This document shows, in pieces, positions 39,393 to 50,507 of a DNA stretch of 64,000 nt. A program made the position numbers and the translations under genes. Origin of the DNA: an uncultured Candidatus Saccharibacteria bacterium. GTDB taxonomy: Bacteria; Patescibacteriota; UBA1384; XYA2-FULL-43-10; 1-14-0-10-43-13. The notes below the pieces were generated by a model that saw only the letters and a list, made by a program, of their open reading frames with translations, did not search any database and was not told the origin of the DNA. Each line of letters starts with the position of its first letter. Position 1 is the first letter of the stretch. Where the stretch lies: positions 279,868 through 343,867 of the forward strand of contig CAZIYE010000001.1 in NCBI GenBank assembly GCA_964543385.1, read 5' to 3'.

Positions 39393-39950
39393 TTAAATTT
39401 TCATTATTTCAGTTTCTTTTCCAGCAATAACCTTATCAATTTCCTTATTCATTTCGTCAATTATTTTATTCAATTCTTCCTCTGCCCAATATTTATCGTC
39501 CTCAGTAACTTCTTTATTTTTTAATCCGGTCTGAACCTTATCCCAAGCATCTTTACGAATGTTACGCAGAGCAATTTTTGCCTCTTCGCCATTTTTCTTA
39601 ACGATAACCACTATCTCTTTCCTTCTTTGCTCTGTCATAGCAGGCAAGACTAATCTGACCTGTGTCCCATCATTGATCGGGCTTATACCTATATCAGAAT
39701 TTCTGATTGCCGCTTCAATCGGTGCTAATGCATTTCTGTCCCAGGGCTTGATTGTGATTTGATTTGCTTCAGGCACTGATATTGTTCCTATTTCTTTAAT
39801 GGGAGTATTTGTGCCATAATACGAAACCATGATTCCATCTAAAATAGCCGGATTTGCCCTGCCTGTACGAATACGGGAAAGCTCTGTTCCCAAATTTTCG
39901 ACCGCGCAACTCATCCTAGGTTTAACTTCTTTGATAATTTCGTTGATCAT
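39393..39950 (-). CDS. frr: Ribosome recycling factor
   Basis: 185-aa, characteristic RRF sequence throughout. Confidence 0.9.
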   Translation of the reverse strand: MINEIIKEVKPRMSCAVENLGTELSRIRTGRANPAILDGIMVSYYGTNTPIKEIGTISVPEANQITIKPWDRNALAPIEAAIRNSDIGISPINDGTQVRLVLPAMTEQRRKEIVVIVKKNGEEAKIALRNIRKDAWDKVQTGLKNKEVTEDDKYWAEEELNKIIDEMNKEIDKVIAGKETEIMKI

Positions 39951-39975
39951 ACCATTCCTTAAACTTTATGATTTA

Positions 39976-40677
39976 CTATTTAACTATCGTTCCAATTTCC
40001 TCTCCGAGAACTGCCTTCTTAATATTCCCCTGTTTCATAAGCTCGAAAACGTATATCGGCAAATTATTGTCCATACACAACGTAACGGCTGTACTATCCA
40101 TAACATCATATTTATTATTAATAATATCCAGATATGTTAATTTATCAAATTTCTTGGCATCTTCGAATCTCATTGGATCTTTGTCATATATACCGTCAAC
40201 TTTTGTGGCTTTAAAAACGATTTCACAATTCAACTCACATGCCCTTATCGCTGCAGCAGTATCAGTCGAGAAATATGGGTTACCACTTCCAGCTGAAACT
40301 ATAACTACTCTGCCTTTTTCCAAATGTCTTATCGCTTTATCTCTAATATATGATTCACAAACCTTTGGCATATCAAGTGCAGAAGCAACACGGCTTTCTA
40401 CTCCCATTTTAGATAAAGCACTACGCAAAGCAAGAGAATTCATTACAGTCGCAAGCATCCCGATATAGTCGCCCGTTGTACGATTCATACCATGTTCCTC
40501 GGCTGCTCTTCCTCGAAAAATGTTTCCGCCGCCCAAAATAACCACTACCTCAACACCAATTTCAGCTAAAGTTTTAATTTCTTTTGCGATAAAGTCGCAC
40601 ATCTGAGGATCAATATTATGATCATTTCCCAATAATGTTTCACCTGAAAGTTTCAATAAAATTCGTTTGTATTTCAT
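39976..40677 (-). CDS. pyrH: UMP kinase
   Basis: ILLKLSGE, GGGNIFRG motifs. Confidence 0.9.
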   Translation of the reverse strand: MKYKRILLKLSGETLLGNDHNIDPQMCDFIAKEIKTLAEIGVEVVVILGGGNIFRGRAAEEHGMNRTTGDYIGMLATVMNSLALRSALSKMGVESRVASALDMPKVCESYIRDKAIRHLEKGRVVIVSAGSGNPYFSTDTAAAIRACELNCEIVFKATKVDGIYDKDPMRFEDAKKFDKLTYLDIINNKYDVMDSTAVTLCMDNNLPIYVFELMKQGNIKKAVLGEEIGTIVK

Positions 40678-40807
40678 ACAATCATATTAGCTTAATCTCG
40701 TCAGTTTGTCACCCCTTGTCATTAAATATGGGCTGCCATTTCTGGCAGCCCATATTCTCTATCTGTTATCTGTAAATCTGTTTAATTCGTAATCTGTATT
40801 GTTTTGG

Positions 40808-41401
40808 TTACTCACCGATTTCAAACCTAACAAATCTCTTGATTTCTAGTTTTTCACCGATCTTAGCAATCTTCTCATTTAGAAGCTCTTCGATAGTCTT
40901 AGAAGGATCTTTTACGAAAGGCTGACGCAAAAGCGCACCCTCTTCGGTAAATTTTCTAATCTTGCCTTCAACGATTTTTTCAGCGATTTCAGCCGGTTTA
41001 CCACTTGCTTTTACCTCTTCGAGATAAATAGCTTTTTCTTTTGCAACTTCGTCAGGATTTACATCCTCAGGCTTCAGATATCTTGGATTCATCGCAGCGA
41101 TGTGAAGAGCAACATCATGAGCAAATTCCTTGAATTCATCATTTTTAGCAACAAAATCAGTTTCTGAAAGTACCTCTACCAAAACGCCAATTTTGCCATT
41201 TGAATGAACGTAGGACTCAATAACACCTTCTTTTGCTTCACGATCAGCTTTTTTTGCAGCCTTAGCCATTCCCTTTTTGCGAAGTACTTCGATTGCCTTT
41301 TCAGCATCGCCGTTTGCTTCTTCGAGCGCCTTCTTGCAATCCATCATTCCAGAACCAGTTCGGGCTCTCAAATCAGCGATATCTTTTGCAGTAATTGCCA
41401 T
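40808..41401 (-). CDS. tsf: Elongation factor Ts
   Basis: ITAKDIADLRARTGSGMMDCKKAL UBA-like N-terminus. Confidence 0.9.
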   Translation of the reverse strand: MAITAKDIADLRARTGSGMMDCKKALEEANGDAEKAIEVLRKKGMAKAAKKADREAKEGVIESYVHSNGKIGVLVEVLSETDFVAKNDEFKEFAHDVALHIAAMNPRYLKPEDVNPDEVAKEKAIYLEEVKASGKPAEIAEKIVEGKIRKFTEEGALLRQPFVKDPSKTIEELLNEKIAKIGEKLEIKRFVRFEIGE

Positions 41402-41467
41402 ATTAGCTCCTTTTGTTCATTTTAATTTATTATCCAGAAAGAGTTCGGGATATATTAAGAACGTCTG

Positions 41468-42175
41468 TTATTTCTTCTCAACAATTTTTGCAGTCTTTTC
41501 TCTTGCTGCTTTGATTGTCTTAGCAAATAATTCAGCAAAAAGTTTCACTGATTTAGTTGCATCATCATTAGCCGGAATAGGAAATTCAACATTGTTTGGA
41601 TTTGCATTTGTATCAACAATTGCAATCACAGGGATCTTACCGTTTTTAGCTTCTTTAAGAGCGATTACCTCATCATGAGAACCAAAAAGAATCAATGCAT
41701 CAGGTTTTCGATCAAGATTGACTAGACCACCCAAGAACTTCTCGCCACGAGCAACTTCTTTTCGAAGCTTTGAAAGCTCACTCTTGTTCAAAGATGATTT
41801 CTCTTCGTTCTCAATCTCTTCTTTTTGTTTCTTGAATTTCTTGGCTGCACTTCTGATAGCTTCAAAATTGGTGATTGTTCCACCAAGCCAACGAGAACTT
41901 ACATATGGCATATCAGCAGAAATTGCTGCTTCTTTGATAATATCGCCGGACTGTTTCTTTGTTCCAACGAATACAAAAGTTTTACCAGTCGATGCTTCTC
42001 TTTCGATAAAATTCAAAGCTTCTTTCAATTTCTCAACTGTTTTCTCTAAATTGATAACATGAACTCCTGACTTTGAGATAAAGATATAGGGAGCCATTTT
42101 TGGGTGCCATCGGCTAGTTTTATGACCGAAGTGCACGCCAGCATCAAGCATCTCGCGAAGTGATGGTAATTCCAT
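41468..42175 (-). CDS. rpsB: 30S ribosomal protein S2
   Basis: MLDAGVHFGH motif; start taken at MELPSL (SD AAAGGAA upstream), because the longer track ORF is an upstream read-through. Confidence 0.9.
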   Translation of the reverse strand: MELPSLREMLDAGVHFGHKTSRWHPKMAPYIFISKSGVHVINLEKTVEKLKEALNFIEREASTGKTFVFVGTKKQSGDIIKEAAISADMPYVSSRWLGGTITNFEAIRSAAKKFKKQKEEIENEEKSSLNKSELSKLRKEVARGEKFLGGLVNLDRKPDALILFGSHDEVIALKEAKNGKIPVIAIVDTNANPNNVEFPIPANDDATKSVKLFAELFAKTIKAAREKTAKIVEKK

Positions 42176-42339
42176 TACAAAATTCCTTTCTTGGAATAAA
42201 TTTCTTTTAAAATAATTATCTTCTTTAAGTTTCTTTTTAATCCCATCCGCCCAACATGACTCCGGTAGCACCGGAGAGAAACTTTGAGGTGAGCGTGTAG
42301 ATTTCCCCTTTACAAATCTTTACTGAGACTACCATAATA

Positions 42340-42368
42340 TTGACTTGGAATCAAGAGTATGATAAAGT
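42340..42368 (+). promoter_or_regulatory. Putative rpmE promoter (TTGACT-17-TAAAGT)
   Basis: Hexamers at 17-nt spacing ~30 nt before ATG 42399. Confidence 0.4.
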
Positions 42369-42398
42369 TGAGCTTGTAAAAAAATTAAAAACAACCCA

Positions 42399-42683
42399 AT
42401 GAAAAAAGACATCCACCCAAAATACAATGAAATTGCTAATATCAAGTGCGCTTGTGGCGCTACTTTTGCTGCTGGTTCAACACAGGAAAGTATTTCAGTT
42501 GAAATCTGTTCTCAATGCCACCCATTCTTTACAGGAAAACAAAAACTTGTTGATACTGCAGGTAGGGTAGATAAGTTCAAAGCAAAAATGGAAGCTTCAA
42601 AGAAAATTCAAGCTGAGACAGCCAAGAAAGCAGCCGAAAAAGTAGTACCCGCTAAAAAAGAAGAGCAAAAAGAAGAGAAATAA
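42399..42683 (+). CDS. rpmE: 50S ribosomal protein L31 (with Lys/Glu-rich C-terminal tail)
   Basis: MKKDIHPKY...[13 protein letters not shown] zinc-ribbon motif. Confidence 0.9.
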   Translation: MKKDIHPKYNEIANIKCACGATFAAGSTQESISVEICSQCHPFFTGKQKLVDTAGRVDKFKAKMEASKKIQAETAKKAAEKVVPAKKEEQKEEK

Positions 42684-42700
42684 CTTGGTCTCATATATTA

Positions 42701-42748
42701 AAATCGACCGAAATCTTTTATAATTATAAGAGATAAGGTCGATTTTTT
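42701..42748 (+). terminator. rpmE terminator-like hairpin (AAATCGACC...GGTCGATTTTTT, large loop)
   Basis: 9-bp stem + T6, 17 nt after the stop. Confidence 0.4.
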
Positions 42749-42779
42749 ATACTAATAAAAACCTTATTCAAAGGAAAAT

Positions 42780-43847
42780 GTGAACACAGAAAAGCTTAAA
42801 AAAATATTAGACCACTATGACAATCTTGTGCGTCAGCTTCAAAGTCCTGAGACGATATCAAATCAGTCAGAATTCACTAAACTAGCCCGTGAAAAATCAA
42901 GTTTGCAAGATTTAGCCGATTTGATCAGGCACTATTTTGATATAAAAAAGAATATAGAAGAAAGCAACGAGCTGTTAGAAACCGCTGACGAAGACCTCAG
43001 GGAAATGGCAAAAGAGGAAATAAATCACCTTGCAATAGAAGAGGAAAAAATTCAGAAAGAATTGCAAATTGCCCTGCTTCCTAAGGACCCGAATGATGAC
43101 AAAAATGTAATTATTGAAATCCGGCCAGGCGCAGGTGGCGATGAATCAGAGCTCTTTGCGGGTGAGATGTTTCGCATGTATACTAGATATGCAGAACGAC
43201 AGAATTGGAAGGCAAATATTTTAGAATCACAAGCTACCGCTATTGGCGGCATGAAATACGTTACCTTTGAAATAAGCGGGGACAAGGTTTATTCAAAAAT
43301 GAAATATGAGTCTGGTGTCCACCGTGTCCAAAGGGTTCCAGAGACTGAGAAACAGGGCCGGGTCCATACATCTACAATCACAGTAGCGGTCATGCCAGAG
43401 GCAGAAGAAGCAGATGTTGAAATCAAAACAGAAGATCTAAGAATTGATACTTTTTGTTCCGGCGGAGCTGGCGGCCAATCAGTAAATACTACATATTCGG
43501 CTGTTCGTATTACCCATATACCAACAAACACCGTTGTTCAGTGCCAAGATGAAAGAAGTCAATTAAAGAATAAAGAAAAGGCTATGAGTATACTGCGCTC
43601 CAGAATATTAGCCAATCTCGAAGAAAAATTGCACAATGAGCGCAAAGACCTAAGAAGTTCTCAGGTCGGAACAGGTGACAGATCAGAAAAAATTAGAACA
43701 TACAATTTTCCTCAAGACCGTTTGACAGATCATCGAATCAATCAATCATGGCATTCGCTGCCCAACATTATGGACGGAGATCTTGGCTCTATTTTCGAAT
43801 CTCTCATGAATGAGGATCAGGCGCGCAAACTCGCTATGCAATCCTAA
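42780..43847 (+). CDS. prfA: Peptide chain release factor 1 (variant tripeptide PET in place of PxT)
   Basis: GGQ motif [12 protein letters not shown]; RF1-type domain 2 (RVQRVPETE at 43338..43346). Confidence 0.85.
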   Translation: MNTEKLKKILDHYDNLVRQLQSPETISNQSEFTKLAREKSSLQDLADLIRHYFDIKKNIEESNELLETADEDLREMAKEEINHLAIEEEKIQKELQIALLPKDPNDDKNVIIEIRPGAGGDESELFAGEMFRMYTRYAERQNWKANILESQATAIGGMKYVTFEISGDKVYSKMKYESGVHRVQRVPETEKQGRVHTSTITVAVMPEAEEADVEIKTEDLRIDTFCSGGAGGQSVNTTYSAVRITHIPTNTVVQCQDERSQLKNKEKAMSILRSRILANLEEKLHNERKDLRSSQVGTGDRSEKIRTYNFPQDRLTDHRINQSWHSLPNIMDGDLGSIFESLMNEDQARKLAMQS

Positions 43848-43850
43848 ATT

Positions 43851-44801
43851 TTGATGAATATTTCTCATTTTTATAAAAAAATAGTCTCAGAATTTGCTAG
43901 CGCTGGCTCTCCATCGCCGGAACTTGATGCAAATGTCCTTATTGAAAATGTTATAGGAAAAGATAGAACGTTCCTATTCTCCCATCCGTTAGAGCCACTT
44001 ACAAACGCGCAATATTACAAACTTAGACGGTTTGTAAACAGACGAAAAAAAGGCGAACCTATCGCCTACATTACGGGCCATAAAGAATTTTACGGACTCG
44101 ATTTTGCTGTAAACAAAAATGTCCTTATCCCCCGCCCTGAAACTGAATTCCTAGTTGCTAAAGCATTGGAATTTCTCAAAAGAAAAAGTGATGAATTAAA
44201 AAATAGGAAAATTAATATTCTAGACATAGGCACCGGCTCCGGCTGTATAATTATTTCGATAATAAAATCATTTTCCGCGCTCGCATTTCCTCCTTATGCT
44301 AGATTCTTTGCTGCCGATATATCCAGAAAGGCACTTATAATCGCTAAAAAAAATACCAAGCGATTATTGTTCGATGTCGGAGACCAAAATCTAAGCTCTA
44401 GCTACCGTTCGAATAATAAAATAAAGTTCATTGACTCAGATCTATTTTCTAATCGCCTTCTTCGCAAAAAACCTGCCTCGCCGGCAGGCGGGTTTGATAT
44501 AATAATTGCCAATCTCCCCTATGTACCAGACCAAACAGAAAATAGAAGATTGAAGTTTGAAAATATTTATTTTGAGCCACCATCTGCAATCTTTGCCCCT
44601 GACAACGGCGCTAGAACTATTAAAAGATTTATAGACCAATCCAAAAGTTACATAAACAAGAATAGTCTCATTTTAATTGAATTAGATCCAAGGAATGCAG
44701 TTGGGCTTGAAAAATACGCCCGAAAGACATACCGTGAGGCAAAAATAGAACTAAAAAAAGATTTAGCTGGCTTGGATCGTTATCTGATAATCGAGAATTA
44801 A
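43851..44801 (+). CDS. prmC: Release factor glutamine N5-methyltransferase
   Basis: [12 protein letters not shown] motif and NLPY (NPPY-type) motif. Confidence 0.8.
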   Translation: MMNISHFYKKIVSEFASAGSPSPELDANVLIENVIGKDRTFLFSHPLEPLTNAQYYKLRRFVNRRKKGEPIAYITGHKEFYGLDFAVNKNVLIPRPETEFLVAKALEFLKRKSDELKNRKINILDIGTGSGCIIISIIKSFSALAFPPYARFFAADISRKALIIAKKNTKRLLFDVGDQNLSSSYRSNNKIKFIDSDLFSNRLLRKKPASPAGGFDIIIANLPYVPDQTENRRLKFENIYFEPPSAIFAPDNGARTIKRFIDQSKSYINKNSLILIELDPRNAVGLEKYARKTYREAKIELKKDLAGLDRYLIIEN

Positions 44802-46141
44802 ATTCTTTTTTCGAGTTGTTCTCTAAGCTCTTCATACCCTGGCTTACCAAGAAGAGCGTACATATTATTTTTATAAGCTTCCACGCCTGGTTGATTGAAA
44901 GGATTTACACCTAAAATATAAGCGCTGATAGCACAAGATTTTTCAAAGAAATAAATCAATTTGCCCAGATAAAAAGGCGTTAATTCTGGGATACCGATCA
45001 AAATATTAGGAACTCCTCCATCAGAGTGTGCTGCTGCAGTGGCAGCCATCGCCTTTTTATTGACGAAATTGAGAGTCTTACCTGCAATAAATTCAAAACC
45101 ATCAACGTTGTTGTCAGACTCTGGAATCGTTAAATCTTTACCTGCCTGGTCGACAAATAGAATTGTCTCAAAAATTGTTCTCTCCCCTTCTTGGATATAT
45201 TGCCCAAGGGAATGAAGATCTGTCGAAAAATCAACTGCTGCCGGAAATATTCCCTTACGATCCTTACCTTCGCTTTCTCCAAATAGCTGTTTTAACCATT
45301 CAGAAAAGTAATGCATTTTGGGCTCATAATTTACAAAAAGTTCTATTTTTTTACCATTTTTATAAAGAATGTTTCTGGCGACAGCATACTTATTCGCAAT
45401 ATTATCTAGCCTATCTGTAGAATATTTTTCCTCACCATCTATTGCGCCATTTAACAGTTCTTTTACATTAATTCCGGCAACTGCAATTGGTAAAAGTCCA
45501 ACCGCCGTCAATACCGAAAAACGGCCTCCGATATTATCAGGAACAACAAAAGTTTCATATCCCTCTTTTTCTGCAAGATCTTTTAACGCTCCTTTATCTG
45601 CATCTGTCGTAGCAAATATTCTTTCTCTAGCTCCTTCTTTACCATATTTTTCTTCTAAAATATTCTTGAAAATTCGGAATGCCAAAGCTGGTTCAGTAGT
45701 CGTTCCGGACTTAGATATCACATTGATAGAGATGTCTTTGTCTTTAACAAGATCCAGAAGGTCAGACAGATAAGAGCCACTCATATTTTGGCCCGCAAAG
45801 TATATCTCCGGGCAATGCCTCGTATCCTTATTTAGATTATTATAGAAGTTAGGTTGCAATGCCTCGATGACTGCCCTAGCCCCAAGATACGAACCACCTA
45901 TGCCGATTACTACAAAAACATCTGAATTTTTACGAATTTTCTCTGCGGCTTTTTGTATTCTAGCAAATTCACTTTTATCATAATTTGATGGTAAATTAAC
46001 AAAGCCAAGCATGCCATTACCTTCACCATTTTTCTCTACAATTTTCCGATTAGCCTCTGCAACATCACCCTCCATCAGATTCATTTCATCAACGCTCACA
46101 GACTGATCAATATTACCACAATCCAGTATAATATTATTCAT
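44798..46141 (-). CDS. pgi: Glucose-6-phosphate isomerase
   Basis: [11 protein letters not shown] and SKSGTTTE motifs. Confidence 0.85.
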   Translation of the reverse strand: MNNIILDCGNIDQSVSVDEMNLMEGDVAEANRKIVEKNGEGNGMLGFVNLPSNYDKSEFARIQKAAEKIRKNSDVFVVIGIGGSYLGARAVIEALQPNFYNNLNKDTRHCPEIYFAGQNMSGSYLSDLLDLVKDKDISINVISKSGTTTEPALAFRIFKNILEEKYGKEGARERIFATTDADKGALKDLAEKEGYETFVVPDNIGGRFSVLTAVGLLPIAVAGINVKELLNGAIDGEEKYSTDRLDNIANKYAVARNILYKNGKKIELFVNYEPKMHYFSEWLKQLFGESEGKDRKGIFPAAVDFSTDLHSLGQYIQEGERTIFETILFVDQAGKDLTIPESDNNVDGFEFIAGKTLNFVNKKAMAATAAAHSDGGVPNILIGIPELTPFYLGKLIYFFEKSCAISAYILGVNPFNQPGVEAYKNNMYALLGKPGYEELREQLEKRI

Positions 46142-46296
46142 TTTAGCCGATCAATTAATTATTTATTTATATGATACCAAAAATACACTACAAGAAAACC
46201 CACCTTTAAGGCGGGCTCTCTCATGTCTGTTTTCTATACGTAAATTGGAATGATCGTTATCTGTATATTCGTCTAATTCGTCATCTTTATTAGATA

Positions 46297-47517
46297 TTAT
46301 TTACCCTCTTCGAGTTTCACCTTTGTTTCTTTTTCCTGACCCTTAGACAAGAACTTTATTTTAATCTCTTCGCCCACCTGATACTTCTGCACCAAGTCAA
46401 TCAAAGTATGCGTCTCATCTATTTTCTCACCATTAACCTCAGTGATGATGTCATTTTCTACCAAACCCGCCTTATCGGCTGGCGATCCAGGCACGACAGC
46501 AAAACTAGTCAATCCTTTTCCGCGTTGTATCAGAGCACCATATTCGACCGAAAGGTTATTTTCCTTAGCGATAGTAGGAGTAATTTCGAAATATCTTACA
46601 CCCAGATATGGCCTGATGATACGGCCTGTTTTTTTAATACTATCTATAGCAGATTTAGCAGAGTTTACTGGTATGGCAAAACCTATTCCTTGTGCATTAG
46701 CAGCTACTGCAGTGTTTATGCCTATAACTTGTCCGGCTAGATTGACAAGCGGACCACCAGAATTTCCTTGGTTTATTGCTGTATCCGTCTGCAACAAGTT
46801 GCTAAGTGTCTCTTGACCCTGTCCACCTTGGTCAGATGCCTCGATTCTACGATCTTTTGCCGAAATAACACCAGCAGTCACTGTATTTTGGAATTGGCCA
46901 AGTGCATTGCCGATTGCTACAACCCACTGTCCTACTTGGAGTTGATCAGAATCGCCAAGCTCTACTACAGGCAAATTCCTAGCCTCAATTTTTATAACTG
47001 CTAGATCATTTATTGGATCGAGTGATTTCACTGCTGCATCATAAGTTTTCCCGTCTTTCATCACAACAGCATATTTGGCGGTCACATCACTAACAACATG
47101 TTTGTTTGTCAGAATTAAGCCATCACTTGTAATAACAAAGCCGGAGCCGGAACCTTCCGACTGATAAACTTGACCAAAAATATCAGTAACGGTCTTTTTC
47201 AGTGTTATAGATACAACCGCCTCTGACACTTTATTGGTAGCATCAATTATAGCATTAGACTCTTCTACAACAATTTTTTGGGTACTTGTCGTTGGGATAG
47301 TCAGATTCTTAAAATTAATCCCTAGCTTTTGTGCAAATTCACCATTATTTGCAGAAAAGAACAAAACGCCGCCAACGCCGCCAACGCCGCCAGCAATAAA
47401 AACTAATATAACTATCATGATCACAAATATTAGCTGGGCCGTTTTGTTTTTTACTGATGATTTGCTCGAAGCAACATATTTATTCATAGATAAATCTTGA
47501 AATTCAACTTTCGGCAT
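46297..47517 (-). CDS. htrA: HtrA/DegP-family serine protease with PDZ domain
   Basis: GNSGGPLVN catalytic Ser motif; N-terminal TM; (GGV)3 repeat. Confidence 0.85.
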   Translation of the reverse strand: MPKVEFQDLSMNKYVASSKSSVKNKTAQLIFVIMIVILVFIAGGVGGVGGVLFFSANNGEFAQKLGINFKNLTIPTTSTQKIVVEESNAIIDATNKVSEAVVSITLKKTVTDIFGQVYQSEGSGSGFVITSDGLILTNKHVVSDVTAKYAVVMKDGKTYDAAVKSLDPINDLAVIKIEARNLPVVELGDSDQLQVGQWVVAIGNALGQFQNTVTAGVISAKDRRIEASDQGGQGQETLSNLLQTDTAINQGNSGGPLVNLAGQVIGINTAVAANAQGIGFAIPVNSAKSAIDSIKKTGRIIRPYLGVRYFEITPTIAKENNLSVEYGALIQRGKGLTSFAVVPGSPADKAGLVENDIITEVNGEKIDETHTLIDLVQKYQVGEEIKIKFLSKGQEKETKVKLEEGK

Positions 47518-47525
47518 ATTTTTCC

Positions 47526-47762
47526 TTATTTATCCATTTTTTTAGATATCTCGTCTGCGGCTTCCTTGACTTTCTCTCGAGCAGTTTCCTTGCCTTTCTC
47601 TAGCATTTCCTTACCCTTTTCTGTATATTCTTTTGCCTTATCGCCAATGATCTTTCGAGTCTCTTTGCCACTCTTTGGAGCAAAAAGTACACCAGCAACT
47701 GCACCCGCCGCTGCTCCTATCAACGCACCAAGTAGAAACTTTTTGTTATCTTCAGCCATCAT
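47526..47762 (-). CDS. YtxH-like small stress protein
   Basis: LLGALIGAAAGAVAGVLFAPKSGKETR motif. Confidence 0.6.
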   Translation of the reverse strand: MMAEDNKKFLLGALIGAAAGAVAGVLFAPKSGKETRKIIGDKAKEYTEKGKEMLEKGKETAREKVKEAADEISKKMDK

Positions 47763-48028
47763 TCTCCTTTATTATCTATTGAATTTCTAATTTTTTTAAT
47801 AAATTCTAAAGAATAAATAAAACTCTTGACGCCTTCCAGCAATCCCATAAATGTGTATTTTGCCTTTGTAATAGACTCATCAATCTCCTGTACTCTTTTC
47901 AATATTATAAATGTGGTTTCTTTGAAATTGCTGAGAATTTCAAAAGTTCTCCACAAAACCGCTATTAAAAAAATAGTAGCGATAATCAGAACTCCATATA
48001 AGATCTGAAGCAATAATTCTGTATCCAT
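47759..48028 (-). CDS. DUF948-like membrane protein (YtxG-like partner)
   Basis: N-terminal TM + helical domain; overlaps ytxH-like start. Confidence 0.5.
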   Translation of the reverse strand: MDTELLLQILYGVLIIATIFLIAVLWRTFEILSNFKETTFIILKRVQEIDESITKAKYTFMGLLEGVKSFIYSLEFIKKIRNSIDNKGE

Positions 48029-48113
48029 TGTCTCCCTTCTATAACTATAAAAATTAGATCAGATCTAATTATATGCCAAAACCAGAGCTATAACAACGGC
48101 ATAAAGACCAAAT

Positions 48114-48644
48114 TTAGCTTTTAGGATTACGATCTAGGACAGACCAACCATTTATATTATCTACCTTAGAATTTGGAATAATGTGGATCGAGCCCTTATC
48201 GTCCTTTATTCTTATTTTCCGGACATCTATTTTCTCAACAACCCCTTCAATGTCGCCAACTTTTATTTTATATCCACATTCAAAATCTTTATCCCTAGCA
48301 AGAGATAACCCAGCAATTATATCAGCGGCCATTGCTGAAGCACCATTTGCAATTGCAAAGCCAAGTGCAAAAACTGAGCTTGATATCGTGATTGCCAAAT
48401 TAGCCAAACCTGCCTGACGAGCCATTTCAGCAATCAACATAACCCAAAAGACTATACTTGCAAGAGAAGAGACAAGATCGCGAAGAGATTTACTCAGACG
48501 GAAAATTCTCAATGTTCTTGATAGTAGAAATAAAGCAGCCTTGATGGCAAGGAAACCAATCGCTAGCGTCAATATTAGTCCTGGCAATTTTGGAACCAAG
48601 TTCTCAATCAGTCGCAAGATTTTTTCCGAAAAATCAACAATCAT
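48114..48644 (-). CDS. MscS-family mechanosensitive channel protein (short)
   Basis: TM helices followed by the beta-domain motif VGDIEGVVEKIDVRKIRIKDDKG. Confidence 0.65.
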   Translation of the reverse strand: MIVDFSEKILRLIENLVPKLPGLILTLAIGFLAIKAALFLLSRTLRIFRLSKSLRDLVSSLASIVFWVMLIAEMARQAGLANLAITISSSVFALGFAIANGASAMAADIIAGLSLARDKDFECGYKIKVGDIEGVVEKIDVRKIRIKDDKGSIHIIPNSKVDNINGWSVLDRNPKS

Positions 48645-50038
48645 TATCCCTCCAATTTTTCTCTTAAGATTTTAGTTACTTCTTGTGGATTAACTTTACC
48701 ACCTGTTGTTTTCATAATTTGTCCGACAAAGAAACCAAAAAGCTGCTTCTCTCCTGATTTATAGCGATTAACCTCGTTCGGCCACAATTTTATAGCATTA
48801 CAAACGATCATTTCGACATCGGAACTTCCGTTATTAAAATCTTCTATGAAAGATTCGAAGTTACGTTCCTCCTTATGCATTCCCAAGGCTAATTCAGAAA
48901 ATTGACTCTTAGACAACTTGCCATCCGATAATGCTGAGACCGCCTTTGCGTAATCACCGCTAATTGCAAAGTCGTTTTCGGTCAAATCAAAACTATAATA
49001 TTTTTGCACGATTGTTTTAGCTAAAAGACTTAATTTTTCTTCTTCTAGATGCTCTCCTATTGATTCAAAGAATTTTGATTTAACCTTATCAGCAACCAGA
49101 ACCTTTGCATCAGACTCGACTATTCCTAGTTTTGTTAAAGCTTTTATCTTTTCTTCTTCATCCTGGCTAATTTCAGCTCTCAATAGATCTAAATCAAATT
49201 CTGTTGTATCGAAAGGAGGTAAATCCGGTTCTGGAAAATACCGATAATCAGCAGCCTCTTCCTTCCGTCTCTGCAGATAGACCTTATTGTTTTCACTATC
49301 ATAACCCCAAGTTTCTTTTGACCCTTTTATAGGCCACTGAGCATATTCATCATTTAATTTTATTTCGACTAAAGCCAAGGCCTTCTCAACAAACTTGAAA
49401 GAGTTAAGATTCTTTAGCTCTATTATCTGAGACATTTTATCGCCATCATTTACCGAAATATTAGCATCACAACGCATATGTCCCTTTTCCATACTGGCTT
49501 CTGATACTCCTACAACGTCACGTACAATTTTTTGCAGCTTACGCAAAAATTCTCCAGCTTCTTTAGGCGAAACGATATCTGGCTCAGTTACAATTTCCAT
49601 CAACGGAGTCCCAGCACGATTTAAGTCTACATAACTTTTATTACCACGATGAATAAGTTTGCCGGCATCTTCTTCGAGATGTATTCTGTTTAATCTTATT
49701 TTGCGACCATCTACTTCTACATATCCACCAACACAGAAAGGCTCATCATATTGGCTAATTTGATAACCCTTTGGAAGATCAGGGTAAAAATAGTGTTTTC
49801 GATCAAACTTTGCAATCTTTGGTATATCGCAATTTAAGGCAAGCCCAGTCTTTATTGTCCATAAGATTGCCTGCTTATTTGCAACGGGCAAAGCCCCTGG
49901 CAAAGCCAAGCAGACAGGGCAAACTACGCTATTTGGCGCCTTTTTCTCTGCATTATTATCACAACCACAAAACATCTTGCTTTTCGTTTTGAGCTGAACA
50001 TGAATTTCTAAACCAATTTTTGTTTGTAAATTTGCCAT
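48644..50038 (-). CDS. gatB: Asp/Glu-tRNA amidotransferase subunit B
   Basis: N-terminal IGLEIHVQL...FCGC motif. Confidence 0.9.
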   Translation of the reverse strand: MANLQTKIGLEIHVQLKTKSKMFCGCDNNAEKKAPNSVVCPVCLALPGALPVANKQAILWTIKTGLALNCDIPKIAKFDRKHYFYPDLPKGYQISQYDEPFCVGGYVEVDGRKIRLNRIHLEEDAGKLIHRGNKSYVDLNRAGTPLMEIVTEPDIVSPKEAGEFLRKLQKIVRDVVGVSEASMEKGHMRCDANISVNDGDKMSQIIELKNLNSFKFVEKALALVEIKLNDEYAQWPIKGSKETWGYDSENNKVYLQRRKEEAADYRYFPEPDLPPFDTTEFDLDLLRAEISQDEEEKIKALTKLGIVESDAKVLVADKVKSKFFESIGEHLEEEKLSLLAKTIVQKYYSFDLTENDFAISGDYAKAVSALSDGKLSKSQFSELALGMHKEERNFESFIEDFNNGSSDVEMIVCNAIKLWPNEVNRYKSGEKQLFGFFVGQIMKTTGGKVNPQEVTKILREKLEG

Positions 50039-50042
50039 AATA

Positions 50043-50507
50043 TTAATCTATTTTTTCCTCTGGAAATAATGTCCCTAGTGTTTGTTGATCCCAACGTATT
50101 TCCCCATCAACCCCATTTTTATAATGAAGCCTCTTGTATAACTCCTTAACTTTCGGAACAAACTCCCGTAAAAATATTATATCGGCCATAACTCTATCTG
50201 TTCTACTCCGTATATCCATATAGGCAATGCCGTCTTCCGCCCTTAAAGCAACTTTAGCCATCTCTTCACGAAGATCTAACGAAAAATCACTCAATTTTTT
50301 ATGGATCTCTCTAAAGCTTTGGCTGGCTTTATCTTCTCCGTTTAAAAGGTCAGGATCAGATTCTATCATAGTCAATGTACAATGCCGTCCATATGCTATC
50401 ATGGGCTTTAAATTATTATAAAGAGTGATCTCGTCTAGCAATCTTTTAACTTCGGCCGAAATCTCTTCTGGACTAAGATATTCTTCTCCATTCTCTATTT
50501 CTGACAT
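50043..50507 (-). CDS. Hypothetical acidic protein, translationally coupled partner of the HEPN-like gene
   Basis: 154 aa; ATG overlaps upstream stop (TGATG). Confidence 0.5.
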   Translation of the reverse strand: MSEIENGEEYLSPEEISAEVKRLLDEITLYNNLKPMIAYGRHCTLTMIESDPDLLNGEDKASQSFREIHKKLSDFSLDLREEMAKVALRAEDGIAYMDIRSRTDRVMADIIFLREFVPKVKELYKRLHYKNGVDGEIRWDQQTLGTLFPEEKID

